A stretch of DNA of 64,000 nt. Origin: Candidatus Rikenella faecigallinarum (GTDB lineage Bacteria > Bacteroidota > Bacteroidia > Bacteroidales > Rikenellaceae). Shown piece after piece: positions 1 through 8,899 of this stretch. The stretch covers positions 39,034 to 103,033 of the forward strand of contig DXHL01000032.1 in assembly GCA_019113395.1 (NCBI GenBank). Direction: 5' to 3'. The stretch's first letter is position 1. The number at the start of each line of letters is the position of its first letter. The position numbers and the translations under genes are program-made. The notes under the pieces were generated by a model that saw nothing but the letters and a program-made list of their open reading frames with translations, was not told the DNA's origin and searched no databases.

Positions 1-1569
1 GCCCAAGATTTGCTCCGTCGTCCATTTGGGTTGTTCCGGAACCGCCACCTTGCTGTTCAACACCACTCGGAACTCATATTCCGTATTGGGTTGCAGCCCT
101 TTCAACATATACAGAGCCGAATAGAGTCCATCACTCCCCATCCATCCACCGTCCGGCATTGAGAACATCACATCCGTCCCTTCAACAGCCGTATTCCAGT
201 CGCTTGCCGACGTTTTTTTGTATTGCAGCACAGGGTGTTTACCCGTATTCAAATCATAATCCGCCTGAATGGTAAAGAACGCCCGATTGGCCCACACATT
301 TCCCTGCGTAATCGGCGCGAATACCACCTTGGGGTCCTTAATGGTAGCTTTCACGTGACACGGGTGGTTCGTCTCCGGCGTCTGCCCATAGGGGTCGGTC
401 ATTTCGACCGTAAAGTCATAGTTTACGGTCGTACCATCCCCGTCAGCCACCATTACGTTCGTAAAGTCCAACCAGACGTTGGTAAAAATCGACGCATCCT
501 CCGCCGAGTTAAGCGCCTCGCTCCACACAAACCCCGCCTCTTTGAGTTTCGTTCGCAGCGGGTCATCGGCCGGCAGCGCCACCAGGTCTACCGAGGTCAC
601 ACCGCCCAATTTCTGAGCCAGTGCGCCATTCTCGCCGTCATTCATCCGAATCACAAAGGACGAGAGTCCGCCCGGAGCATTTGCCGCCACACTCCACACG
701 GGAACTTCCCCTTCAAAGAGGTTTTGTTCCACACCATTGGTAAAGCCCTGCAGTTGCGTGATGGAAGGCTTGTCCTTCGGGAGAAAATACTGAGGGATTT
801 CGATGGTAATATCCTTTTCGGGATTGAGTTCGTCATCCGTCCCGACAATAATCACCTGGGCATTTCCCTGTTCGGACGAGACCTTGAGTTTGAGTTTATA
901 CCAATCTGCAGCATTAGCCTTTGCCAGCGGTTCGGGAGAGTATTTGAGCAGTTGTCCGTCGTTGGTCAGGAGATTGAACCGCAGCCTCACGCTTCCCGGC
1001 TCAAAAAAGCCGCAACGGGATTCGGTTTTGTCGAAGCGCAGGGAATCGGTACCCGCCGTACGGACATCCACCGAATAATATTTATAGTAGAAATCGAAAC
1101 TTTCGTCGAATTCGACCGAGACTTTGGCAGCGGCCAGTCGAGCCACTACGGCTATCGGCAGTTTGTCGCCGGCCTGGATAGTAAATTTTTCTTCGCCGCG
1201 GTACCAATAGGCATCAAAGCCGGGGATTTTGGTTCCCTGGGGTTTATATTCGGCCACGATTTTATAGGCGCCGGGAGTAAACTTCAGCGTCGAGGGGACC
1301 TCGTTGAATGAGGCCCAACGTGCCAGGGTATCCTCATGGGTATTGATAACGTATACCGCCAGGTCGGTATAGGGGTCAAGAACAGGCTGGGAGGAGGTTT
1401 TAGAGAGGGATTGCTCGTTTTCGGCGTTATCGAGTTCGAGCGAGAGGTAGACTTCCGCACTCCCTTGTTGGCCAAACGGGGTATCGTCGCGGCGCGAACA
1501 ACCGGCCACGACCAGCACAGCCCACACGATAAGCCACAGGAGGTTGCATTTGGGTTTCAGTATCCTCAT
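1..1569 (-). CDS. Surface lipoprotein, N-terminal 523 codons only (ORF continues past the left window edge); DUF4493-like/Fn3-like, family tentative
   Basis: Absent from the ORF track because its stop lies outside the window. The ATG is the complement of cat 1567-1569. I read all 523 minus-frame codons down to position 1 and saw no stop. N-terminus MRILKPKCNLLWLIVWAVLVVAGCSRRDD is a signal peptide plus lipobox (VVAGC). Edge residues ...LKGLQPNTEYEFRVVLNSK... look Fn3-like. The + ORF 223..1311 is its Arg-rich antisense shadow. Confidence 0.75.
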   Translation of the reverse strand, partial: MRILKPKCNLLWLIVWAVLVVAGCSRRDDTPFGQQGSAEVYLSLELDNAENEQSLSKTSSQPVLDPYTDLAVYVINTHEDTLARWASFNEVPSTLKFTPGAYKIVAEYKPQGTKIPGFDAYWYRGEEKFTIQAGDKLPIAVVARLAAAKVSVEFDESFDFYYKYYSVDVRTAGTDSLRFDKTESRCGFFEPGSVRLRFNLLTNDGQLLKYSPEPLAKANAADWYKLKLKVSSEQGNAQVIIVGTDDELNPEKDITIEIPQYFLPKDKPSITQLQGFTNGVEQNLFEGEVPVWSVAANAPGGLSSFVIRMNDGENGALAQKLGGVTSVDLVALPADDPLRTKLKEAGFVWSEALNSAEDASIFTNVWLDFTNVMVADGDGTTVNYDFTVEMTDPYGQTPETNHPCHVKATIKDPKVVFAPITQGNVWANRAFFTIQADYDLNTGKHPVLQYKKTSASDWNTAVEGTDVMFSMPDGGWMGSDGLYSALYMLKGLQPNTEYEFRVVLNSKVAVPEQPKWTTEQILG

Positions 1570-1624
1570 TTAGTGGGTTTTGGTGAAACAAAACTGCCGT
1601 TCTCCGACAGATACTCACTACGGA

Positions 1625-1632
1625 CAAAGGTA
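1625..1632 (-). promoter_or_regulatory. -7 promoter box TAccTTTG for the left-edge lipoprotein gene
   Basis: Exact match to the Bacteroidetes sigma-A -7 consensus TAnnTTTG on the minus strand, 56 nt upstream of ATG 1569. Confidence 0.55.
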
Positions 1633-1816
1633 CAGCATTTTTCGTTACCTCCAACCCTTTGGAACAAAAAAACGTCCAAACAACCCTTTCATTTCCAGAA
1701 TATTATTAACAGGAGAGCACTGCTTCGGAAAATTGGACCACGCGCAGAAGGGGCGGTCACCTGCGACACCGGGCAGTGCTCACCCAAGCACCTCGCGGCG
1801 GAACATCCACAGCAGA

Positions 1817-2080
1817 TTAACGGCAGGGGTCGTGCGTGACGCAGGTATCACACCCCCCGTCACACCCTTCGTTGAGATAGGCTTTCCGCCCGGTGCGTTC
1901 AGCCTCTTCGCGCCGTATCTGCGCCGAAGCACATTCGATGCCCATCCGCTTCATATCGCGGTTGCTGCCCACATCGCTTTCAATGGGGTGTCCTTTTCGG
2001 ATGATGGTTATCGAGAGCCCCAACACAAAAAGCGCCAATGCCGCGATAGAAATCAGCAAAATCAAGAGGGTTGTATTCAT
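1817..2080 (-). CDS. Small single-pass membrane protein with C-terminal Cys cluster (possible NqrM-like maturation factor, tentative)
   Basis: Track ORF 1817..2179 trimmed to the ATG at 2080 (cat 2078-2080). MNTTLLILLISIAALALFVLGLSITIIRKG is one TM helix, followed by ...MKRMGIECASAQ... and C-terminal CDGGCDTCVTHDPC. A TAttTTTG box lies 41 nt upstream. Confidence 0.55.
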   Translation of the reverse strand: MNTTLLILLISIAALALFVLGLSITIIRKGHPIESDVGSNRDMKRMGIECASAQIRREEAERTGRKAYLNEGCDGGCDTCVTHDPCR

Positions 2081-2120
2081 GGTCCAGAAAAACTTAATCC
2101 ACACCTGTATGGGACGGGAA

Positions 2121-2128
2121 CAAAAATA
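2121..2128 (-). promoter_or_regulatory. -7 box TAttTTTG for the small Cys-rich membrane protein gene
   Basis: Exact TAnnTTTG on the minus strand, 41 nt upstream of ATG 2080. Confidence 0.5.
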
Positions 2129-2142
2129 GTGCAATTTTTCTC

Positions 2143-2150
2143 TAAATTTG
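2143..2150 (+). promoter_or_regulatory. -7 box TAaaTTTG for trkA
   Basis: Exact TAnnTTTG, 76 nt upstream of ATG 2226. Confidence 0.5.
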
Positions 2151-2225
2151 TAATTTGTTACAGCCAGTCGGCTTATCACACCCGATAAGAGGCCTCCGAC
2201 CGGTTTATCAATACCCGTTTACCGC

Positions 2226-3566
2226 ATGAAAATTCTTATTGCAGGAGCCGGTGAGGTGGGGAGCCACCTGGTCAAGATGCTCAGCAACGAATACCACGAC
2301 ATTACGATTATCGACGACGACGAGAAACGGTTGGAGGAGCTGACGGCCGTCTCGGACGTTCTGACCATCGAGGGCGACGTCACCTCCTTCGAGAGCCTCA
2401 CACGGGGCGAGGTGCAGCGATGCGACCTGTTTATGGCCGTGGGGCCCGAGGAGAACACCAACATCTTGTCGGCCACGCTGGCCAAGCAGCTCGGAGCCAA
2501 GAAAGCCATTGCCCGCATCGACAACGACGAATACCTGAAGCCCAACAACAAGGAGGTGTTCATCAACATGGGGATAGACTACCTTTTCTACCCCGAAAAG
2601 GTGGCCGCTCAGGAGGTCATTACCCTGCTGGGCCACTCTTCGACTTCGGAGTATGTCGATTTTTCGGGAGGGAAGCTCTCACTGGTGGTTTTTCGACTGG
2701 ACGCCTCGTCGCCGCTGATTGGCCGTACGTTGATTGAGATTACGCGCGACCGCGAAAATCTGGAGTACCGCACGGTAGCCATTTCGCGGGGCGGGCAGAC
2801 GATTATCCCGCGCGGCGAAGACTGTTTCGAAGAGGGTGACACGGTGTATGTCATCTCGGGACGCAACTCGGTGAAGGAGGTCATGGCGTTTTCGGGACGG
2901 CCGAACATCGAGGTGAAAAACCTCATGATACTGGGAGGGTCGCGCATCGGACGACGCATTGCGCGGGAGCTGCAGAACGAGATTAACATCAAACTGGTGG
3001 ACTACAATCCCGAGAAGGCCTACAAATTGGCCGAGATGCTGGACAAGACGCTCGTGATAGCCGAAGACGGACGCAAGAGCGAGGTGATGATGGAGGAGGG
3101 GCTGGACAAGATGGATGCGTTTGTGGCGCTGACGGGGCGGGCCGAGACCAACATTCTGGCGGCGATGCTGGCCAAGCGGATGGGGGTGAAGAAGGTGATT
3201 GCCGAGGTGGAGAACATGAACTACATCACACTGGCCGAGAGCATCGGGATTGATACGATTATCAACAAGAAGCTGATTACGGCCAGCTCGATATTCCGAT
3301 TTACGATGAACACGGACGTACAGGCCATCAAGTGTTTGAACGGATGCGATGCCGAGGTGCTGGAGTTTATCGTGAAACCGGGCAGCCCCGCCACCAAAGG
3401 CAAGATTAAACACATCAACTTCCCGCGCGAAGCGATTTTGGGGGGTGTAGTGCGGGGCGACAAGGCGATGATTGCCACCGGGAATGTCGAGATAAAGGCC
3501 TACGACCGCGTGGTGGTTTTTGCCCTGCCGAGTGCGATTGGGAAGGTCGGGAGTTTCTTCGGATAG
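2226..3566 (+). CDS. trkA: Trk potassium-uptake system NAD-binding subunit TrkA
   Basis: 446 aa with two RCK/KTN repeats. N-terminal Rossmann motif MKILIAGAGEVGSHL and second repeat LMILGGSRIGRRIA. ATG at 2226. No trkH gene follows. Confidence 0.93.
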   Translation: MKILIAGAGEVGSHLVKMLSNEYHDITIIDDDEKRLEELTAVSDVLTIEGDVTSFESLTRGEVQRCDLFMAVGPEENTNILSATLAKQLGAKKAIARIDNDEYLKPNNKEVFINMGIDYLFYPEKVAAQEVITLLGHSSTSEYVDFSGGKLSLVVFRLDASSPLIGRTLIEITRDRENLEYRTVAISRGGQTIIPRGEDCFEEGDTVYVISGRNSVKEVMAFSGRPNIEVKNLMILGGSRIGRRIARELQNEINIKLVDYNPEKAYKLAEMLDKTLVIAEDGRKSEVMMEEGLDKMDAFVALTGRAETNILAAMLAKRMGVKKVIAEVENMNYITLAESIGIDTIINKKLITASSIFRFTMNTDVQAIKCLNGCDAEVLEFIVKPGSPATKGKIKHINFPREAILGGVVRGDKAMIATGNVEIKAYDRVVVFALPSAIGKVGSFFG

Positions 3567-3662
3567 TTTTACGACTCGTTTCGGCATGACCTTTGGAGGC
3601 AATCAAAGGTTCCATGGACCCGACTCCATTGATATACTTTAACGTTAGAAACCAACGAACGC

Positions 3663-4682
3663 ATGAAACGGTTTTTATCACACCTGTTCCTGACCGGTAT
3701 TTTGCTGTACGGGGTCACATCCTGTGATTCCCGGCGCGCGGCATACACCACCGTAGACGGATTTACGCAGGGCAGCACCTACCACATCGTCTACAACGAC
3801 CCGCAGGGACGCGACCTGCGCACCTCGATAGAGGAGTTGCTGGAGGATTTCGACAACTCGCTGTCGGTCTACAACCCGAGTTCGCTGCTGACACGTCTCA
3901 ACGAGAACGACACCACAGCCCGCCCCGATGCGTGGTTCACGGAGTGCCTTAAGTTGTCGCGCCAAATCAGCGAAGATACGAAGGGGGCTTTCGACGTGAC
4001 GCTGCGCCCCCTGATAGCGGCCTATCGTATTGGCACGGAGGATACACCTCATCTCCTTTCGCAACACGAGATTGACTCGATACGCGTTTTCACGGGCTAT
4101 CAGAAGGTGCGCATCGACAACGGGCGCCTGGTCAAGGCCGACCCGCGCATGGCGCTCGACTTCAACGCCATTGCCCAGGGCTACACAGCCGACCTGATGG
4201 GACGGATGTTCGATTCGCTCGGCATTCCGGACTATATGGTGGAAATCGGCGGCGAGATTTTGTGCCGCGGGAAAAACCCGTCGGGGGGTGAGTGGCGTGT
4301 GGGTATCGACCGCCCCGTCGAGGGAAATATGGTTCCGGGCGAAGATTTACAGACTATCCTGACGCTGACCGACCGCGGTCTGGTGACCTCGGGGAACTAC
4401 CGCAAATTCGCCTACGACGAGAACGGGAACAAAGTGACCCACACCATTGACCCGCACACGCTGCGACCGGCCGCACACAATCTTCTGTCGGCCACGATTA
4501 TAGCCCCGACGTCGGCCGTGGCCGACGGGTACGCGACAGCCTGCATGGTCATCGGGCTGGAGAAGAGCAAGGAGCTCCTGGCGCGTCATCCTGAGTTGGA
4601 GGGCTACCTGGTATATAGTCTGCCGGACGGTTCAATGGGGGTCTATACGACGCCGAACATACAAAAACGCGTCGTCAAATAG
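3663..4682 (+). CDS. apbE: FAD:protein FMN transferase ApbE (lipoprotein)
   Basis: Signal peptide plus lipobox (LLYGVTSC). ApbE motifs FDVTLRPLI, LDFNAIAQGYTADL, LVTSGNYRKF, HTIDPHT. Confidence 0.92.
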   Translation: MKRFLSHLFLTGILLYGVTSCDSRRAAYTTVDGFTQGSTYHIVYNDPQGRDLRTSIEELLEDFDNSLSVYNPSSLLTRLNENDTTARPDAWFTECLKLSRQISEDTKGAFDVTLRPLIAAYRIGTEDTPHLLSQHEIDSIRVFTGYQKVRIDNGRLVKADPRMALDFNAIAQGYTADLMGRMFDSLGIPDYMVEIGGEILCRGKNPSGGEWRVGIDRPVEGNMVPGEDLQTILTLTDRGLVTSGNYRKFAYDENGNKVTHTIDPHTLRPAAHNLLSATIIAPTSAVADGYATACMVIGLEKSKELLARHPELEGYLVYSLPDGSMGVYTTPNIQKRVVK

Positions 4683-4769
4683 CGACTGCGGCTGCAGATG
4701 CAGAGCACTCGGCCCGCTCGCACCACATGAAAACTCAGAAAACACAGAAGATATAAATACTACTGAATT

Positions 4770-5438
4770 ATGTCAAAGTTGATGGACCCGATTGTGGGTC
4801 AGTTGATGGGGCTGCGCTACAAGTCGCACCCGTGGCACGGCGTGAACATCGGCGACGACGCGCCGGAGAACATTACTTGTTTCATCGAGATTGTCTCGAC
4901 CGATACGGTGAAATACGAAGTGGACAAGGAGTCGGGCTATCTGTTTATCGACCGCCCGCAGAAATATTCCAACACGGTCCCTGCGCTGTACGGCTTTCTG
5001 CCGCAGAGCTACAGCGGTGAACGGGTGGCAGCCCTGAGCAATGAGGCGCTGCAGCGAACCGACATTCAGGGTGACGGCGACCCGGTGGACGTTTGCGTGC
5101 TGACCGAAAAGACCATCACGCACGGGGATATTCTGGTGCATGCCAAGCCCGTCGGAGGGATTCGCATGATTGACCACAACGAGGCCGACGACAAGATTAT
5201 CGCCGTGCTGAAACACGATGCCGTGTACGGCAATATCGACGATGTGTCGGAGCTGCCGCCGCTGGTGGTCGAACGTCTGCGCCACTACTTCCTGACCTAC
5301 AAAGACCTTCCCGGGGCCAAACGCAACGTAGAGATTACCCACATCTACGGAGCCGAGGAGGCTAAGGAGGTGATACGGCGTTCGATGGAGGATTACCACA
5401 ACCGATTCAACAATCTGGAAGCACTCCTGAAACTATAG
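4770..5438 (+). CDS. ppa: Inorganic pyrophosphatase, family I
   Basis: 222 aa. HPWHGV..., IEIVSTDTVKYEVDKESG and DGDPVDVCVL are typical soluble PPase motifs. Confidence 0.92.
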   Translation: MSKLMDPIVGQLMGLRYKSHPWHGVNIGDDAPENITCFIEIVSTDTVKYEVDKESGYLFIDRPQKYSNTVPALYGFLPQSYSGERVAALSNEALQRTDIQGDGDPVDVCVLTEKTITHGDILVHAKPVGGIRMIDHNEADDKIIAVLKHDAVYGNIDDVSELPPLVVERLRHYFLTYKDLPGAKRNVEITHIYGAEEAKEVIRRSMEDYHNRFNNLEALLKL

Positions 5439-5447
5439 TCACGAGCC

Positions 5448-7286
5448 ATGGCGACGAGAAATCCCCGCACCTTCTACACGGAGAGTACGGCGCAATACAG
5501 CCGCCAAATGGTTCGTTGGCAGCGGCGACGCAACGCGATAACCCTGTTACGGGTTGCGTTGTTTGTGCTGCTGCTATGGGACGTCTATGGGATTGCGTCG
5601 CTGGAGAGCCGTTTCTGGATAGCGGCTGCAGGGGTGACCGTGGCGGGATTTGTGGTACTGGGCATTCTGGACAACCGCGTAGTACAAAAGATACGCTACT
5701 ACCGCACCCTGTGCGAGGCGTGCCGCACGGAGCTGGAGGCGTTGGCCGACCGTTGGGAGGGTTTGCCGACGGGCAGTGAATTTTTGGAGGCGGCACATCC
5801 CTATGCGGCCGACCTCGACCTTTTCGGTGAAGATTCCCTCTTCCGACGACTCAACCGCACAGTGACCCCTGCCGGGAAACAGCGACTGGCGGAGTGGCTG
5901 TTGCATCCATGCCGGGAGGCAACGGAAATTCAAGAGCGCCAACAGGCGGCCGAAGAGTTGGCCGCACAGCCCGAATGGTGTCTGCGTTTCCGCGCCAACG
6001 GCACCGTGGGACGCAAACCGCAGGGGAAAGAGCCTGACGAACAGGCATGGAATGCGTTTCGGAACGAACCCGACATTTTTGGGGCAGGCGTGTGGCGGTG
6101 GCTGTCGGTCGTGCTCCCCGTTCTGACGATTGGAGCGTGGGTGGGGGTTACACTGGATTCCGACACCTGGAGTTGGCCTGCCGTGGTTCTTTCGCTGGTG
6201 CAACTGGGTATTGTGGGCGCCTGTGCCAAACGGGTAGGCGCAATGCAACGCCGTCTGGAGACATTTCTCGGCATGATGGGGAGCTATACGGCGCTGGTAC
6301 GCCAACTCTCCGAGAGCCGCTTCTTCTCGCCCCTGATGCAGGCCCAGCACGACCGAGTGACCGCCTCAGGATGTGCTGCCCTACCCGCCTTCAGCCAACT
6401 GCAACGCATACTGGACGGACTGGAACAACGCGGCAACTTTTTTGCCGTGGTAGTGACCAATGCGCTGTGGATGCGTGACGTGCATCTGGTGCGTCGGTTA
6501 GAGAAATGGCGCAGCACGTATGGCGTACATATCGAATCGTGGCTGTCGGCCGTCACAAACACCGATGTACTGGTGAGCCTGGCCACCTTCCGCTTCGGAC
6601 ATCCGGAGTACACCGTGCCGGAAATTACGGACGAGGTGCTGCTGGCAGCATCGGGTGTGGGGCACCCGATGCTGCCGCGCGACGGCATGGTCACAAACGA
6701 CCTGACAGTCAATTCGCTCCACGAATTCTATATCGTCACGGGAGCCAATATGGCGGGCAAAAGCACCTTTCTGCGCACCATCGGCGTGTCGCTGGTGCTG
6801 GCTTTGGCGGGGAGTGTGGTGTGCGCTACCCGGTTCCGCTGCACCCCGATGATGCTCTTTACCAGCATGCGTACCACCGACAACCTCTCGAAAGGAACCT
6901 CCTACTTCCATGCCGAGCTGCTGCGGTTGAAGGCGTTGGTCGAATTGGCCGAGCGCGAAGAGCGGCTCTTCCTCATTCTGGACGAGATGCTGAAAGGCAC
7001 CAACTCGCAGGACAAGCTGCACGGGTCGCTGCGTTTTCTGGAAAAACTGCGCTCGCTGCGGGTGGCGGGCTTGGTGGCTACCCATGACCTGGCGCTGGGC
7101 GAACTGCAAGAGCGATATCCGGAACACTTCCGCAACGTTTGTTTTGAAATCACCCACCGGGGACGCGAGATTGTCTACGACTATAAGCTGCACCCCGGGG
7201 TCAGCCGCCACATGAATGCGACCATCCTGCTTCGTCAAATGGGGCTTATCGACTCACACGACTCCCAGGATGAAACCATGTCATAG
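5448..7286 (+). CDS. Membrane-anchored MutS-related ATPase (MutS core plus domain V, no mismatch-binding domain)
   Basis: 612 aa. N-terminal and internal hydrophobic helices (LLRVALFVLLLWDVYGIA, WRWLSVVLPVLTIGAWVGV). Walker A GANMAGKSTFLRTIG. Walker B/MutS signature LFLILDEMLKGTNSQDK. THD near the C-terminus. Confidence 0.85.
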   Translation: MATRNPRTFYTESTAQYSRQMVRWQRRRNAITLLRVALFVLLLWDVYGIASLESRFWIAAAGVTVAGFVVLGILDNRVVQKIRYYRTLCEACRTELEALADRWEGLPTGSEFLEAAHPYAADLDLFGEDSLFRRLNRTVTPAGKQRLAEWLLHPCREATEIQERQQAAEELAAQPEWCLRFRANGTVGRKPQGKEPDEQAWNAFRNEPDIFGAGVWRWLSVVLPVLTIGAWVGVTLDSDTWSWPAVVLSLVQLGIVGACAKRVGAMQRRLETFLGMMGSYTALVRQLSESRFFSPLMQAQHDRVTASGCAALPAFSQLQRILDGLEQRGNFFAVVVTNALWMRDVHLVRRLEKWRSTYGVHIESWLSAVTNTDVLVSLATFRFGHPEYTVPEITDEVLLAASGVGHPMLPRDGMVTNDLTVNSLHEFYIVTGANMAGKSTFLRTIGVSLVLALAGSVVCATRFRCTPMMLFTSMRTTDNLSKGTSYFHAELLRLKALVELAEREERLFLILDEMLKGTNSQDKLHGSLRFLEKLRSLRVAGLVATHDLALGELQERYPEHFRNVCFEITHRGREIVYDYKLHPGVSRHMNATILLRQMGLIDSHDSQDETMS

Positions 7287-7361
7287 GGGCAATTCACCGT
7301 GTCTTGGCATGAAATCACACACTTTTTTGTAACATTGTAAATCATAAACTGACATGCTCAT

Positions 7362-7961
7362 ATGAAAAAAGGAATTAAAATCGGATTGATTGTCCTTGCG
7401 GTTTTAGTTATCGTAGGTCTTATCAGTAGCTATTTTATCCGCAGCTACAACCATATCGTTGCTCAGAATGAAGCGGTATCGGGTCAGTGGGCCAACGTCG
7501 AGAATCAGTACCAGCGTCGTGCCGACCTGATTCCCAACCTGGTGAATACCGTGAAAGGTTACGCCACCCATGAACAACAAACCCTGACCGAGGTTATCGA
7601 AGCACGTGCCAAAGCCACCCAGACCCAGATTACCTTCGACGAACTGAACGAAGAGACGCTGGCACAATACAATCAGGCCCAGGGTGAACTATCCGCAGCG
7701 CTGGGACGCCTGATGGTTGTTTCGGAAGCCTACCCCGCCTTGCAGGCCAACCAGAATTTTCGCGACCTGCAAACCCAACTGGAAGGGACTGAAAACCGCA
7801 TTGCCACGGAACGTCGTCGTTTCAACGAAATGGTTCAAAGCTACAACGTCTACGTACAACAATTTCCTCGGAACGTGATTGCCGGAATGTTCGGTTTCAA
7901 GCCCAAGAGTTTCTTTGCCGCTGAACCGGGTGCCGAGAAGGCTCCCAAAGTGGAATTTTAA
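7362..7961 (+). CDS. lemA: LemA family membrane protein
   Basis: 199 aa with an N-terminal TM helix. Contains NEAVSGQWANVENQYQRRADLIPNLVNTVKGYATHEQ, the typical LemA core. Confidence 0.92.
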   Translation: MKKGIKIGLIVLAVLVIVGLISSYFIRSYNHIVAQNEAVSGQWANVENQYQRRADLIPNLVNTVKGYATHEQQTLTEVIEARAKATQTQITFDELNEETLAQYNQAQGELSAALGRLMVVSEAYPALQANQNFRDLQTQLEGTENRIATERRRFNEMVQSYNVYVQQFPRNVIAGMFGFKPKSFFAAEPGAEKAPKVEF

Positions 7962-7967
7962 CCGTTT

Positions 7968-8831
7968 ATGATGCCCGTGCGCCCCATATCTTTTTCGCAC
8001 CGCACCGTTCTGCGCGGTTTGGCTTCTCTGGTATTAGTTCTCTGGGGAGGGTTGCTGTCGTTGCAGGCACAGGAGATTCCGCAACCAATGTCCCCGCCGC
8101 GGTTGGTGAACGACTATGCCCACCTCTTTTCCGAAAGGCAATGCAAAATACTGGAAGACAGCCTGGTGGCATTCGAACAAGCCACCTCGACCCAAATTGC
8201 CGTGGTCACAGTACCCGACCTGGGGGATTATCCCGCGGCAGAGTATGCCACCCGACTCATGGAACAGTGGGGAGTGGGGAGCAAGGAGCATGACAATGGC
8301 ATCGTACTGCTGCTGAAACCGCGCAACCAGTATGGAGGTGGCGAGGTTTTTATCGCCACGGGATACGGTTTGGAAGGAGCCTTGCCGGACATTACGGTGG
8401 GACGCATTATCGACAACGAAATGATGCCTTCCTTGCGAGTCGAGGATTATTATGGCGCAACAGCCGCCTGTACGAAGGCCATCCGCGATGCCGTGCGGGG
8501 CGAATATACGGCTACCCCGAAAAAAGATTCCGACAAAACGGATATCATGGACTGGATTAGCGGTCTCTTTTCGTTGGGGGTAATTATTTTTATGATTATC
8601 ATCCTCAATCGCTCGTACAAAGGAGGTAAAGACGATGATGACGATACGGGAGGTTCCGACAGTTCGGGCACGCGGCGCTACTATCGCCGCGGTCCGATGA
8701 TTTTCCCTCCGCTTTTCGGCGGCTACGGCGGCCACCGCGGAGGCGGTTTCGGCGGCTCGGGAGGTATTGGCGGTTTCGGTGGTTTTGGAGGAGGCTCGGG
8801 TAGCGGCGGCGGTGCCGGACGCTCGTTCTAA
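7968..8831 (+). CDS. TPM domain-containing protein (YgcG-like) with TM helix and Gly-rich tail
   Basis: Signal peptide, then TPM core LVNDYAHLFSERQ...STQIAVVTVPDL. TM helix GLFSLGVIIFMIIIL. C-terminal GGYGGHRGGGFGGSGGIGGFGGFGGGSGSGGG. Lies 6 nt after lemA, the usual LemA-TPM pairing. Confidence 0.88.
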   Translation: MMPVRPISFSHRTVLRGLASLVLVLWGGLLSLQAQEIPQPMSPPRLVNDYAHLFSERQCKILEDSLVAFEQATSTQIAVVTVPDLGDYPAAEYATRLMEQWGVGSKEHDNGIVLLLKPRNQYGGGEVFIATGYGLEGALPDITVGRIIDNEMMPSLRVEDYYGATAACTKAIRDAVRGEYTATPKKDSDKTDIMDWISGLFSLGVIIFMIIILNRSYKGGKDDDDDTGGSDSSGTRRYYRRGPMIFPPLFGGYGGHRGGGFGGSGGIGGFGGFGGGSGSGGGAGRSF

Positions 8832-8899
8832 CCCCCTGTACCACATCCTTATACTGTGCCAGGGAACCACATTTCCCCACATTGCATCTGCTACTCACC

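Noticed and set aside
8690-8831. Gly-rich repetitive DNA (GGCGG-type repeats) as a possible tandem repeat or contingency locus
   Set aside because: It encodes the typical GGxGG C-terminal tail of YgcG/TPM proteins. The repeats are degenerate at the DNA level.
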